Part shown: positions 25,001 through 32,799 of the stretch, in pieces
How the letters are laid out: the number at the start of each line of letters is the position of its first letter
Numbering within the stretch: the stretch's first letter is position 1
IMG/VR virus record: IMGVR_UViG_3300009838_000011
Location: 1 to 38,632 of that record
Strand: one strand, 5' to 3'
DNA length: 38,632 nucleotides
Source of the DNA: a virus
Notes under the pieces: generated by a model
Seen by the model: the letters and a program-made list of their open reading frames with translations, nothing else
Told to the model about the DNA's origin: nothing
The model's database searches: none
Program-made: the position numbers and the translations under genes

Positions 25001-28000
25001 TCAACACTACCATCAGGATTAACCGCTTCCGGTTTAGCGCCTTGAAATATCTTTCTAAAATTATGAACCTCATCAACTGAAATATGGTCAATACCTAAAT
25101 CGGTAATTTTAATATCTCCAGCTTTATATTGAGCTTTACCAACAATCTCTTGAATCTTTGACTTTTGAAGTTCCCCTTTTCTAGCTGTTTCATTTTCTGT
25201 TCCCAAAGCATCAGTTAAATCACCAATGGCGCTATTTAATTCATCCGGAGTTAAAGATAATCTTAATAAACCTTCATGAGTAAGGACCGCTATCTCTCCA
25301 TCTTTAATCCACTTGGTTTTATCTTTACCTCTCTCCTTTTCTATTTTGGTTACTTCTGGTTTAGTTAAACCGCCGAGATTGACAATAGTTTCATTAGGAA
25401 ACATTGATTTAATGGTAGTTATCCAAGTTTGAGAAAGAGTAGATTTAGGTACAATGAAAGCGGGTCTTTTGGTCCAGCCTTTTTGTTTGGCCACCATTGT
25501 AGCGGTTAAGAGGGTATGGGTTTTACCCACTCCCACTCCATAAGCCACCAAACCAACACCCTTATTGGTTAAAAAAGAAACTCCATTAGATTGAGTTGGC
25601 GATAGTTTAAAGGTCTTACCCCTAAAGAATTTCGCCATATCTTTAATTTCTGTTGGAATTTTAGAATAATCCGGATTGACATAACTATTCTTTTCTTTAT
25701 TAAATTTATCGACTATCTGATTTTGAATATCTGAATCCAAAACATTTCGAATAAAGTAATTAAACAACCTTGCCGAATCTGCTTTAATTGCTCCCATAAT
25801 GTTTTTAGTACCCGGAGAAGCCCGATAACCTAAAACATAATTGCGAATATCATAGCGATTAACTCCATAAGATAAGGCCGAATCAGTCTTATTTAAGAAA
25901 CTAATAAATTGATCAATAATTCTAGTTCCAGCTTCCTCATCTAGTTTAATTTCAGTAACATATCTATCTAGTGGGTCAAAGGTAATATCCTTTAATTCCA
26001 CTGGCTTAGGTTTAATAGCTTCCAAACCATTTAATTGTTTGTCATATTGAGCTTGTCCTAATTTAGAAATAATGGTTTCTTTATCCGCTTTAAGTTCTTC
26101 TATTTTTTGATAAACATCACCGCTAAAATAATTGACATCATGGTAATACTTTCCTTGAAAGTAGTTTAAAATCTTTTTAGCTTCGGGAATAAAATCAACA
26201 CTGCCATCAACCTTAGTATCTTTTAAGATTTTGGATTCAACCGGATCAATATTAGAAATTCCACCACTGACTGTTTGGACCGGTACTGTCTCCACCTTTA
26301 ACTTATCCGGTTTAATAACTGGAGGTAATTTACCGGTCTTGCTTTGTTTGGTTATATTTCTTTTAGTCTTTATAGAATAAGAAGGTTCTTTAATTGGCTT
26401 TGGTTTAGCGGTTTTAGTTGGCTTACTCACTTCAACTGTTTCTGTTTCTTCTACTATTGGAGATAATCTTAAAACATCATTTAAATCTCCTTTAACAAAA
26501 GTTTCCTGTTGGCCGAATCGATTTTGTCTTTGTTCTACTGTTCCAGCTACATTATCCGGATTCTTTTCAAAGTAGTTACCACTAGTCATATCAACCACTC
26601 TCTTTTGAATTTCTAGTCTATCAAGTGAGCCACCTTTTTCAGAAAGTTTGGGAGTTTTTTGAAACACCACTATATCTGTACCAATACTGGTATCAGTAAA
26701 GATTCCTTCGGGTAATCGGTAGGCTTGGATTAATTTACCGGTTTTAGCTATCTCTTCTTTAGCAAAACTGTTTTCCTTATTTAAGAAAGAAGAATTGACA
26801 ACATAAACCAATTTTCCGCCTTCCTTTAATGATTCAAGCCCTCGCTTAATAAAAAACTCTTCCCATCGATTAATCTTTGGTTCTACCCCTTTACCTTTAA
26901 GAAAAGAGGCTCTTTCACCAAAGGGAGGATTACCCACCACTAAATCATAATTGGCTTTAGGTTCATGAGTTTCAAAATTACCATCATTACCAAATTCTTC
27001 TCCATTACCAATCTTAATATTAACTTCCGGATATAATAATTTAGCGATTGTTCCTGATACCTTTTGATATTCATAAGCATCCCATTTAATAAAAGATGGG
27101 TCATAAATCAAATTACCAGTACCGGCACTTGGCTCTAAAATAGATTTAGCGTTTGGTTCTAACATCCTTGCTATCTGCCATACCTTATCAACTACTTCCG
27201 GTGGAGTATAGTATTCCGATAATAAACCTTTACCACTTGCTCCAGTTTCAGCCTTACCACCAGCACCACTAAATAAAGCTAATTTATCTAATTCTTCTTG
27301 GGTATAATCTTTTCGATCAGTGGAAAATTCATGACCCATTAATATTAATTCGGCTTCATTATTGGCTTCGGCTCTAGTTACTTTTCCGCCAATTGTTCTT
27401 GTTCGCTTAGGTCCATTTCCAGATTCACTAATGCTTGTTGTCTCGTCATGGAGCGATCTTTCATCAACTTCTGGATTGCGTTCTCTATCTGTTGGCTGTC
27501 GTACTTCACCAGTGTCGGGAACTCTTGTGGGTTGAATGGTTGTGGTTTCATCTACTGGTATTATACCTTTTTCTGCCAATCTCATCAAATCCGAGACTAT
27601 ATTTCTTTGCCATTCAACTTCATTACTGATTTTATCCATTTCCTCTTTTACCCAATTAGGGAATAAACCCATCTTAACACCAGCTTTTTCACTCTCATTT
27701 AATCTACCCCAAATACCATCCGCAGTAACCGATGTTGGATTCTCATTGGTAATTGGTTCAATTGTTTCCGGTTTAGTGGCTTCATAACCGCCTTCCTTTT
27801 TGGGTATTAAATCAAATTTTTTAACAGTTACTTTTGTTTTTTTAGTTTCTTTAGGTTTGTACTTATTAATAAACTCCTCTTCCATTCGGGCTTGTCTTGA
27901 TATAATTTCATCTCTTTTACCTTCTAAACCTGCCCGATTTTCTTTATTGGCTTCTTTAATCTGTTTATTTAATTCTTGGACCTGATTTTCCATCTCTCCA

Positions 28001-30135
28001 TAATCCTCAGCATAATTATCAATCCAATCTTCTTCGGCTTTAGCTTGAACATCAGCGGGTAACTCTTCAATGTTTGGCTGTTCTGCTGTTTCAGAAACGC
28101 TAGGACCACTAATTTTATTAACATCAGATATTTGTTTTGATCCACCATAAGTACCCGGAGTAATATATTGAACTGAATAACCACCTTCATAAGCTGGTGC
28201 GTTCTTCTCATCTGTTATTCCGACAACATAAGCCTTACTATTACCAAACTTTTCATCAACTATCTCAACAATGTCTCCAATCTTTATTCCTTTAGGATTC
28301 TCGGCTTCATTAATTTCATCTTCCTCTATATTCTCAATTCTTTCCTTCATCTGTTCGGTCCATTGATCGATATTAATAATACTGTCCTTTGATGGTTTAG
28401 TGTTTTCTAAAATATATTTATAGATTTCACTAACTTTTTTATTATTATCAGCATTTTCACTTAATTTTATTGGTGGCAACTCCTGATCTTTTTTTATAAC
28501 CTCTTCTGATACCACCTCTTCTTTTTTCATTGTTTCTAGGACCTTTGGTGTTGTCTCTTCTTTTTTTTCCGTAACCTTTGGCTCTTTCTTTTCTTCTTCT
28601 TGAACATTACCACCTTGATTTTCCATTTTTGGAGGTTGAACATCCATCGGTTTTACCACTTCACCATCTTCTTTGGTTTTTTCAGTTATAACTTCTTTAA
28701 TAATTGTCTCGACTTGTTTTTTATTTTCCTTAATTTTTTCTTCAATGACTTCAATTTTAGCGGTTTCAATATCCGTACCCTCATTAACTTTTTTCATTAC
28801 CTCTTCTTTTACTCCGGGTACTTCTTCCACCACTCTATCTTTTATCTCTTCAACTGTTTGTTTAGCTCTCTCGATTCCGTTTTGAGTTACTTGGGCAGTC
28901 ACATCCTTACCGGTACTCGAATCAATGATTGCGCCACCAGCAGTAAAGACTAATCCCTGAATACCTCCCAATGTAAATTCCATTGCTGTTTCGTTAGAGG
29001 TTAAATCAAATGGTTTGTCTTTGGACCATAAAGAAATATTCTTTTGTGCTACTTCCTCTCCACCCTCTGAAACAAACTCACCAGTTGCTGTTCCGACTGT
29101 TTTAATTACCTTAGCAGTTCGAGATACTGTTTTACTGACATCAGAAACAGTATCAGCGGTTTTACCTAACTGACCTAATATGGGAATATATTGAAGAGTA
29201 TTTGATAAACCTAATAAAAGTAAATTTCCTTTAAATGTTTTATTGGCTGCCTTATTTGCTTCCTCTTTGGTTTTTCCTTCCTGTAACATTTCATCATAAG
29301 TCGAACCAGCCTCACTTGCTGATTCAAATGGAGTAGCCAAAGCTGAACCACCAATAGCTGCTAAAATTGTTGTACCCAACACTCCTAAACCCATAGCACC
29401 GGCAACTGCTGCTCCAGCATAGCCACCAGCAATCGCCAAAGGTAACATAGCCAAAGTAAAGACCGAACCTCTAGCCACAAGAGTAGTATAAAGTCGAGGA
29501 TTCATTAAATCTTTCCAATCAAACTCACCAATATCTTTGCTGGTATCAGGCATGAATTGTCTTAACTCTCCACCCTTTTGAACTAACTTATCTCCTAAAC
29601 CATCAGCTCCTTTCCATCTTAAAATATTACCAGCACCAGTAATTACATCACCAGCACCAGCTACCATTGAAGGTACAACCTCCATAATTTGTGGAGGAGT
29701 AATATTTCCCCATTTCTTTTTTATATCCAATGGGCTTGATGAAGTTTCCGCTCCAGTGGAAGTAGCCGATGATACTGCGGTTTTACTAGCAACATCATAA
29801 ATCTTTAAACCATATTCAGTTGGCGGGGTAATTTGAATTTTAGAAGTATCAATTGTCGGAGTTTGGACCGCCGGTTGTTGATTCAACTGTTGCTCTATTT
29901 TTTTTTTACCACTTAGGTTACTGAAAAGATCAGCCGCCTTTGTCTTTATTGTTTCAAACCATGATGGTTTTTTGGTTTCTACTGGAGTAGTAGTTGTTTT
30001 AGTTTCAGTCGGATAATACTTATCAATCAAACTTCCGCCGGTCTTTTGTTGTTGTCCAGCTATTTGTGAAGGGGTCTGTTGTAATTTTTTTTTCTTCTCC
30101 TCTTCTGTGGGGTAGAATTGGTCAATTAACGACAT
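19015..30135 (-). CDS. Giant polyvalent virion/ejection protein (3,706 aa): TM/Gly-zipper region, N6-adenine MTase, DExH/SNF2-like helicase, HExxH zincin, C-terminal lysozyme/LT-like domain
   Basis: A single uninterrupted ORF of 11,121 nt sitting between the tail genes and the lysis cassette. Domain motifs are listed as separate features below. Confidence 0.85.
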   Translation of the reverse strand: MSLIDQFYPTEEEKKKKLQQTPSQIAGQQQKTGGSLIDKYYPTETKTTTTPVETKKPSWFETIKTKAADLFSNLSGKKKIEQQLNQQPAVQTPTIDTSKIQITPPTEYGLKIYDVASKTAVSSATSTGAETSSSPLDIKKKWGNITPPQIMEVVPSMVAGAGDVITGAGNILRWKGADGLGDKLVQKGGELRQFMPDTSKDIGEFDWKDLMNPRLYTTLVARGSVFTLAMLPLAIAGGYAGAAVAGAMGLGVLGTTILAAIGGSALATPFESASEAGSTYDEMLQEGKTKEEANKAANKTFKGNLLLLGLSNTLQYIPILGQLGKTADTVSDVSKTVSRTAKVIKTVGTATGEFVSEGGEEVAQKNISLWSKDKPFDLTSNETAMEFTLGGIQGLVFTAGGAIIDSSTGKDVTAQVTQNGIERAKQTVEEIKDRVVEEVPGVKEEVMKKVNEGTDIETAKIEVIEEKIKENKKQVETIIKEVITEKTKEDGEVVKPMDVQPPKMENQGGNVQEEEKKEPKVTEKKEETTPKVLETMKKEEVVSEEVIKKDQELPPIKLSENADNNKKVSEIYKYILENTKPSKDSIINIDQWTEQMKERIENIEEDEINEAENPKGIKIGDIVEIVDEKFGNSKAYVVGITDEKNAPAYEGGYSVQYITPGTYGGSKQISDVNKISGPSVSETAEQPNIEELPADVQAKAEEDWIDNYAEDYGEMENQVQELNKQIKEANKENRAGLEGKRDEIISRQARMEEEFINKYKPKETKKTKVTVKKFDLIPKKEGGYEATKPETIEPITNENPTSVTADGIWGRLNESEKAGVKMGLFPNWVKEEMDKISNEVEWQRNIVSDLMRLAEKGIIPVDETTTIQPTRVPDTGEVRQPTDRERNPEVDERSLHDETTSISESGNGPKRTRTIGGKVTRAEANNEAELILMGHEFSTDRKDYTQEELDKLALFSGAGGKAETGASGKGLLSEYYTPPEVVDKVWQIARMLEPNAKSILEPSAGTGNLIYDPSFIKWDAYEYQKVSGTIAKLLYPEVNIKIGNGEEFGNDGNFETHEPKANYDLVVGNPPFGERASFLKGKGVEPKINRWEEFFIKRGLESLKEGGKLVYVVNSSFLNKENSFAKEEIAKTGKLIQAYRLPEGIFTDTSIGTDIVVFQKTPKLSEKGGSLDRLEIQKRVVDMTSGNYFEKNPDNVAGTVEQRQNRFGQQETFVKGDLNDVLRLSPIVEETETVEVSKPTKTAKPKPIKEPSYSIKTKRNITKQSKTGKLPPVIKPDKLKVETVPVQTVSGGISNIDPVESKILKDTKVDGSVDFIPEAKKILNYFQGKYYHDVNYFSGDVYQKIEELKADKETIISKLGQAQYDKQLNGLEAIKPKPVELKDITFDPLDRYVTEIKLDEEAGTRIIDQFISFLNKTDSALSYGVNRYDIRNYVLGYRASPGTKNIMGAIKADSARLFNYFIRNVLDSDIQNQIVDKFNKEKNSYVNPDYSKIPTEIKDMAKFFRGKTFKLSPTQSNGVSFLTNKGVGLVAYGVGVGKTHTLLTATMVAKQKGWTKRPAFIVPKSTLSQTWITTIKSMFPNETIVNLGGLTKPEVTKIEKERGKDKTKWIKDGEIAVLTHEGLLRLSLTPDELNSAIGDLTDALGTENETARKGELQKSKIQEIVGKAQYKAGDIKITDLGIDHISVDEVHNFRKIFQGAKPEAVNPDGSVDKSKTKRFGNVIGGTPSKQAQQLFIISQYILKKNNNRGVYLASATPFENHATEVYNILSLVARDRLKKIGIFNINDFFALFSNFETEMEKNVRGEWVNKEKMKSFKNLPQLQKILREFVDYQVDPTLVRPERRVMTPTLQMSALQEENLTKIQEMLKPSDNRKPEDGAVLKASTYSVANSISPYFIKEYQPQIVSPEELIDNSPKLKYSMELVKWLKGNESTKKYGTFLYMGANGVEYHNHLAEYAVKHLGFKGSEVAVINGSTSNDEREAIKQDFNDGKVKLLIGGDPTKEGIDLQNNGYVTINNALGWNPTEPAQVEGRVWRQGNKRSIAPLIYPLVENSGDITVYNKFEEKGGRINDLFSYQGQIFDVGELDPREKKLALMTNPEDKAAIEIEMDKAGLQNQLVMFSTDIGNLNRIKERREALKEKIQFNSERIVTGKTQWGSPIDPEGISNYRKEVNKAKKEEVSIQEKLDKAGITDIDAEIKRIETLKEQVNIDIGKITETYKDRLAKFQRQYDEMIANRKSIADHVSEFVDKTKDLNELSEEQIATKKEQLLREIELKQIKDNDVSKYKAPSGNADIGGYADLESAGVVLNHIRAIQFPEMVRLVRELTGDVPTLKAFKTALGRMYEKGKGMIKLNPRIFDDPVVAGKVLAHEIGHIADFIPDGFTTRGNLIGHIASLSKFMEGKYADLNNREIKNELKNLTQLWKPFDETVNENFTKYRYSAKELYADAVSVLLNDPGLLQKVAPKFYDGFFEYLNNKPELEKVYFDTLEMLDKGEEEVNNKRLEEIYEGFKEARKKREEIEQTEKPRKPFIDRLIRNHVTKFDPIYRKLAKVDIGVVESSKQKVREALEIMNMRRNDQAIFLDRITTEITDPLEKIGLSEDDLGVVLKLEREALGDRINLANPGGLIGNIPEVVLNQYYKQRNLTEEQIKVFEQVKKRFHELIFSENERAVKNGNINKQVFEEKIAPNKDTYATFSVVDYIHKNYIDAGIKKQVGTLKRIENPFTSSVLKTVALIEWNNIQEAKQVALGELQQYFPDDVKEAKAIRTNKGTVIRFKREDNMEVLEMMKDGRRVGYNVDPYIKSMFENENMTADEVHQLVGIARVFNKIFKPLVTTYNLSWGFYSNIIRDTKRTYISLGSVLNKFAPGKKRVTIGEMLTTYIKSIPEGAKFAAGKKTELIKEMLSNKAITTQWSQYDPHANNDSSIAFLLRQHKILGKEEKIGAVRKLFNNSFGKILEAIKYAGGTFEATSKISGYQIAKKRIDDGKKLGFITRNYVGTPNYTEGGTYKQMDNDIFVFSNVMIQATRASVELATDPKTASGYWMRTFIVGVLPKLLMVMGLSGLFGEWVKKNFQSQTEYDKTNYITVPVGFDENGKAVYMRIPQDETERFVSAIVWKTFSSMVQGKIVKPEQIGALGAGYIPSPTPLFTAVGDWLGYLQGRNPYDSYRGRLAIDETSWKAGGMIRLGKMVQYSLNTVGLGNFKTYDFGSRSTTEVTLQSIPVINRMFQTSSYGLQEQFTSNADQEAARKSIKKREIVDKYVKLSRGINDEQELGKLRTEMVKEYFGGELPTDKDLITEGKALAKKFTIQREKGESPYMDKLIYSNLNAEKLDYLQQFQKAMRTDDFKALVNDALKYKIISQEVVDELKVLDKKSGYEEKKKLLNFDFKLVKPAFAAEGIEGSNKQLVWSKDTRSGWEKFLGNMSKLIPGVQKYENPIEGIIEDKLTSDQKREYYQTMLALREENPDWYYQNIGNKVEKRILGFDLGEEKVVRGILEKEKKEKMVTPTPTKEVENIGEGETEPAPTITSPKATETPYNDDIKSVFGDKWVEATKILKRTDSDGVIRGENTQLLAGKEIDVENKIDPKTGLWSDTAPVKTFKNKFSGENENSTDRGLFRINNSRLLGPDGLLGGKVERQMMIDAGIIDESYKNYADITPEMATALWDKMLEPINNIKMAKILYDLNGNWDAWVAAPNEWLSNKRKKQLGK
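19018..19518 (-). other. Giant ORF domain: lysozyme / specialised lytic-transglycosylase-like C-terminus
   Basis: ...GENENSTDRGLFRINNSRLLGPDG... (D at aa 3610, nt 19306-19308). This resembles the S-x-D-x-GL(M/F)QIN motif of VirB1-type transglycosylases and C-type lysozymes. Confidence 0.55.
22696..23178 (-). other. Giant ORF domain: zincin-like metallopeptidase
   Basis: VLAHEIGHIADF; HEIGH at aa 2369-2373, nt 23017-23031. Confidence 0.6.
23896..25638 (-). other. Giant ORF domain: SF2 DExH / SNF2-like helicase
   Basis: Walker A GVGVGKTHT (K1538, nt 25522-25524); motif II DEVH (aa 1688-1691, nt 25063-25074); motif VI-like QVEGRVWRQGN (aa 2028-2038, nt 24022-24054). Confidence 0.8.
26596..27288 (-). 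other. Giant ORF domain: N6-adenine DNA methyltransferase (motif order I then IV)
   Basis: YYTPPEVV, then ILEPSAGTGNL (AdoMet motif I, aa ~1000-1009), then VVGNPPFGE (NPPF at aa 1069-1072, nt 26920-26931). Confidence 0.8.
29161..29493 (-). other. Giant ORF region: Gly/Ala-rich transmembrane (glycine-zipper) segments
   Basis: aa ~215-325: ...VFTLAMLPLAIAGGYAGAAVAGAMGLGVLGTTILAAIGGSALA...LLLLGLSNTLQYIPILGQLG. This resembles the membrane-inserting segments of tape-measure and ejection proteins. Confidence 0.55.
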
Positions 30136-30137
30136 AT

Positions 30138-31496
30138 TTAATATCCTGTTGTACCTTGTAACTTCTGTCTAGCCTCTTCGGGGGATAATTCTCCTCTAGC
30201 GACTTTATAAAGTAATTGTACCTCAAAAGGATTTTCTGTTGGCGCTCCCCACTTTTTACCCATCGCACCATTCATATAAGCCTGTTTGATTTCATCAATA
30301 CTGGAAACTCCAGCATATTTATTAATTAAATCAGGATAATTCATAGTGTCCGCATCAGCCTTTAAATTAGCTGCTGTTAATTTAGATGGAGTAGTTGAAC
30401 TACCACTTGGTTTTAACCCAGTTGAGACAACTTTCATCTTTCCATCACTACCAACCACCCATGCTTCACTATTATCACTACTAAATGCCAAAATTTTATC
30501 TTTAGCCGATACTCCCATACTGGCGATTGTGCCTACTGGTAAGCCTGATTGAATTTCTAGTTTTTGAATTTGAAGTTTTTGATCAGCTGACATGGTATCA
30601 AAAGTCATATTACCCGAAGTAATAGCATTTGCCATTGTAGTTAGGTTGGCTCTAGCATTATCGATATTGGCTTGTTTAATTGTTTGAGCGAACTTGGCAG
30701 TATCTAAAGTCATATCAAAACCGGTCTTTATTAAAGTGACTGATTGATTAAATGCTTTGTCTGCCATATCAGTTACCATTGATTGAATCTTATAGTTTCG
30801 GTCAAAATCAGCATTATAAGCAGTTACCGCATCTTGATAATCAAGCCCTAAGTCGGTCACATAGGTATTAATTACATTATATTTAGTATTTAATTCATTA
30901 ATAACACTATTCTTTTGTCTAATCACCGCATCAAGCCTTGTTTGAGCCACTCTCTGCTCTTCTGTAATTCTTCCCGAGATAACATTCATGGCTACTGGTT
31001 TGCCTTCTTCTGTGCCAGTTAAAGCCCTTAATTCATCAGTTATTTTTGTCTCTTCATCTTTAATCGAATTTAATTCAGTTTCAAGTTCAGTAACACCTAA
31101 ACTAGCCATCATCTCTTGTCTTGCTGCTACTCGACTAATTGGAGTAGGCGCTGGAGTATCTGGAGTTAAATTATTCTTTAATTCTTCAAAGGTTGGAGTT
31201 TCGGCTGGTTTTAAAGCCGATAAAGATTCCATTGCTGTCTTTTGGAAATCATCTAAATATCCGGGCAATTGATCACTTGAAGTTGGTGTAGCCGAAAAAT
31301 CAGTTGTTTGAGTTGGAGATGGAGTTGAAGATTGTTGAGTACCGGACCACCACCTATCAACATATCCACTGGCCGGATTATAATACCAACCGCCATTACT
31401 GCGTTTAGATTCCGGAACTATTTCAGGATTAGCCCAAGTAGCTTTTGTTGCTGGATCACCTTTGTTATCCCAATAACCGGTTGATGTTTCTGCCAT
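30138..31496 (-). CDS. Hypothetical virion protein (possible internal/ejection protein)
   Basis: 452-aa ORF ending 2 nt before the giant ORF start. It has a W/Y-rich N-terminus (GWYYNPASGYVDRWWSG), an S/T/P/Q linker and a coiled-coil-like centre. Confidence 0.5.
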   Translation of the reverse strand: MAETSTGYWDNKGDPATKATWANPEIVPESKRSNGGWYYNPASGYVDRWWSGTQQSSTPSPTQTTDFSATPTSSDQLPGYLDDFQKTAMESLSALKPAETPTFEELKNNLTPDTPAPTPISRVAARQEMMASLGVTELETELNSIKDEETKITDELRALTGTEEGKPVAMNVISGRITEEQRVAQTRLDAVIRQKNSVINELNTKYNVINTYVTDLGLDYQDAVTAYNADFDRNYKIQSMVTDMADKAFNQSVTLIKTGFDMTLDTAKFAQTIKQANIDNARANLTTMANAITSGNMTFDTMSADQKLQIQKLEIQSGLPVGTIASMGVSAKDKILAFSSDNSEAWVVGSDGKMKVVSTGLKPSGSSTTPSKLTAANLKADADTMNYPDLINKYAGVSSIDEIKQAYMNGAMGKKWGAPTENPFEVQLLYKVARGELSPEEARQKLQGTTGY

Positions 31497-31509
31497 ATAA
31501 TTAATTATA
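31494..31509 (-). promoter_or_regulatory. Perfect 14-nt palindrome TATAATTAATTATA whose last A is the A of the ATG
   Basis: The minus strand reads GTATAATTAATTATATG at the start of ORF 30138-31496. Confidence 0.4.
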
Positions 31510-31885
31510 CTTTAAATTCAAATCCAATGACAGTTTTCTTATTATCAAGAATCACTCGATAATCATAAATATTTTTTCTTCCATATTCAAAATCTGTTAT
31601 TAAATCAGCAAAATTTACATTTGGTATCATTCCATCACTAACAGTTTCTTTTTTATTACCAACAACTCTTTTCTCTACTTCAAGAGTTTTTTTATTTTTA
31701 ATAAACCATTTTTCAATCGGTACTTCAATTTCAATTAGTTTTTGTTTATAAGGCACAACATATTTACCTATTAACGATTTATCCATATCTTGCGGATGAA
31801 TCATTTGTTTTTCCGAGTCGTCAAATACCCGACCATCTACAACACCAAAAATATCTCTAGTTTTTTTATTATAAAAAATTATCAT
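31505..31885 (-). CDS. Hypothetical protein
   Basis: 126-aa ORF overlapping the upstream stop by 4 nt. Confidence 0.6.
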   Translation of the reverse strand: MIIFYNKKTRDIFGVVDGRVFDDSEKQMIHPQDMDKSLIGKYVVPYKQKLIEIEVPIEKWFIKNKKTLEVEKRVVGNKKETVSDGMIPNVNFADLITDFEYGRKNIYDYRVILDNKKTVIGFEFKV

Positions 31886-32796
31886 AATATTTTATCTTTA
31901 AAAATTATAACTCTAAAAGTAACAGTAATTGTACCAGTACGAACAACAGTTAAAGTAGCTGAAACACTATTTAAAGCCGCTCCAACATAAGCACCACTAA
32001 CTGAAGCATCATCTCTTATATAAAATCCCATATTATTACCAGCTGCCCAATTATTTCTTGCTATTATCTCCGCCACTTGATCCTTACAATCAGTTCCAAA
32101 ATTCCAAAAACCACCAACCTTAGCTTGATTTCTAGCATCGTAAGCATCAGTAGTTGATTTACCTAAATCATTAATATCCCCAACATTATCTTCATCTATT
32201 CCCCAAATTTTATATTTAGTATCACTATTTGTCGGACCACTAAAAACATTTTTTATTTCTATTTGGGCCGAAGTTAAAGCAGAATCTTTTGGAACTTGAA
32301 CCCCTGAAAAATGCCAACCAGTACTTTTACCACCCTCTCCGGGATTACCAAAAACAACTCCTACAGGATCATCACCACCTGTTTGATATTCCCAAAAAAC
32401 TCCATCAGCATCATAAGCAACAGTATTATAAGGAACTGCTAGGTTATAACTACATCGAATAGTAGAAGAATTAGCATAAGCATTTGAAATTCCAAAAAAA
32501 TTATATTCTTCTGAACCGGCAATAGAACCCCAAGAATAATTAGGTATCATTCTTTCTTTACTGCTTTCAAAACCAGAAACACTAACATAAGCTAAAAATG
32601 CTGGAATATAACCTAAACTATGACTAAAATCAACATAACAAGAAGTACCACCCTGACTTATTGTAGCCGAACCAGTAGTAGTACTATGTTGTTTAAGCAT
32701 AGAATATTTAGAGGACATAATAATATCTCTTAAATCAGTTGAAGTAATTGATTTACCTGCCTTAACCACTTTAATTCCATAATCTAATGCTGTCAT
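31882..32796 (-). CDS. Tail-associated protein, paralog 3 of the DWG-K family (long form)
   Basis: 304 aa. The N-terminal ~80 aa (LDYGIKVVKAGKSITSTDLRDIIMSSKYSMLK...HSLGYIPAFLAY) parallel the two upstream genes. Confidence 0.5.
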   Translation of the reverse strand: MTALDYGIKVVKAGKSITSTDLRDIIMSSKYSMLKQHSTTTGSATISQGGTSCYVDFSHSLGYIPAFLAYVSVSGFESSKERMIPNYSWGSIAGSEEYNFFGISNAYANSSTIRCSYNLAVPYNTVAYDADGVFWEYQTGGDDPVGVVFGNPGEGGKSTGWHFSGVQVPKDSALTSAQIEIKNVFSGPTNSDTKYKIWGIDEDNVGDINDLGKSTTDAYDARNQAKVGGFWNFGTDCKDQVAEIIARNNWAAGNNMGFYIRDDASVSGAYVGAALNSVSATLTVVRTGTITVTFRVIIFKDKIL

Positions 32797-32799
32797 TTT

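Noticed and set aside
19015-30135. The giant ORF as an N4-like virion RNA polymerase
   Set aside because: By eye I found none of the single-subunit RNAP-like motifs. The recognisable motifs are instead MTase, SF2 helicase, zincin and lysozyme-like. A cryptic RNAP in the unassigned ~1,100 aa cannot be excluded without profile or structure searches.
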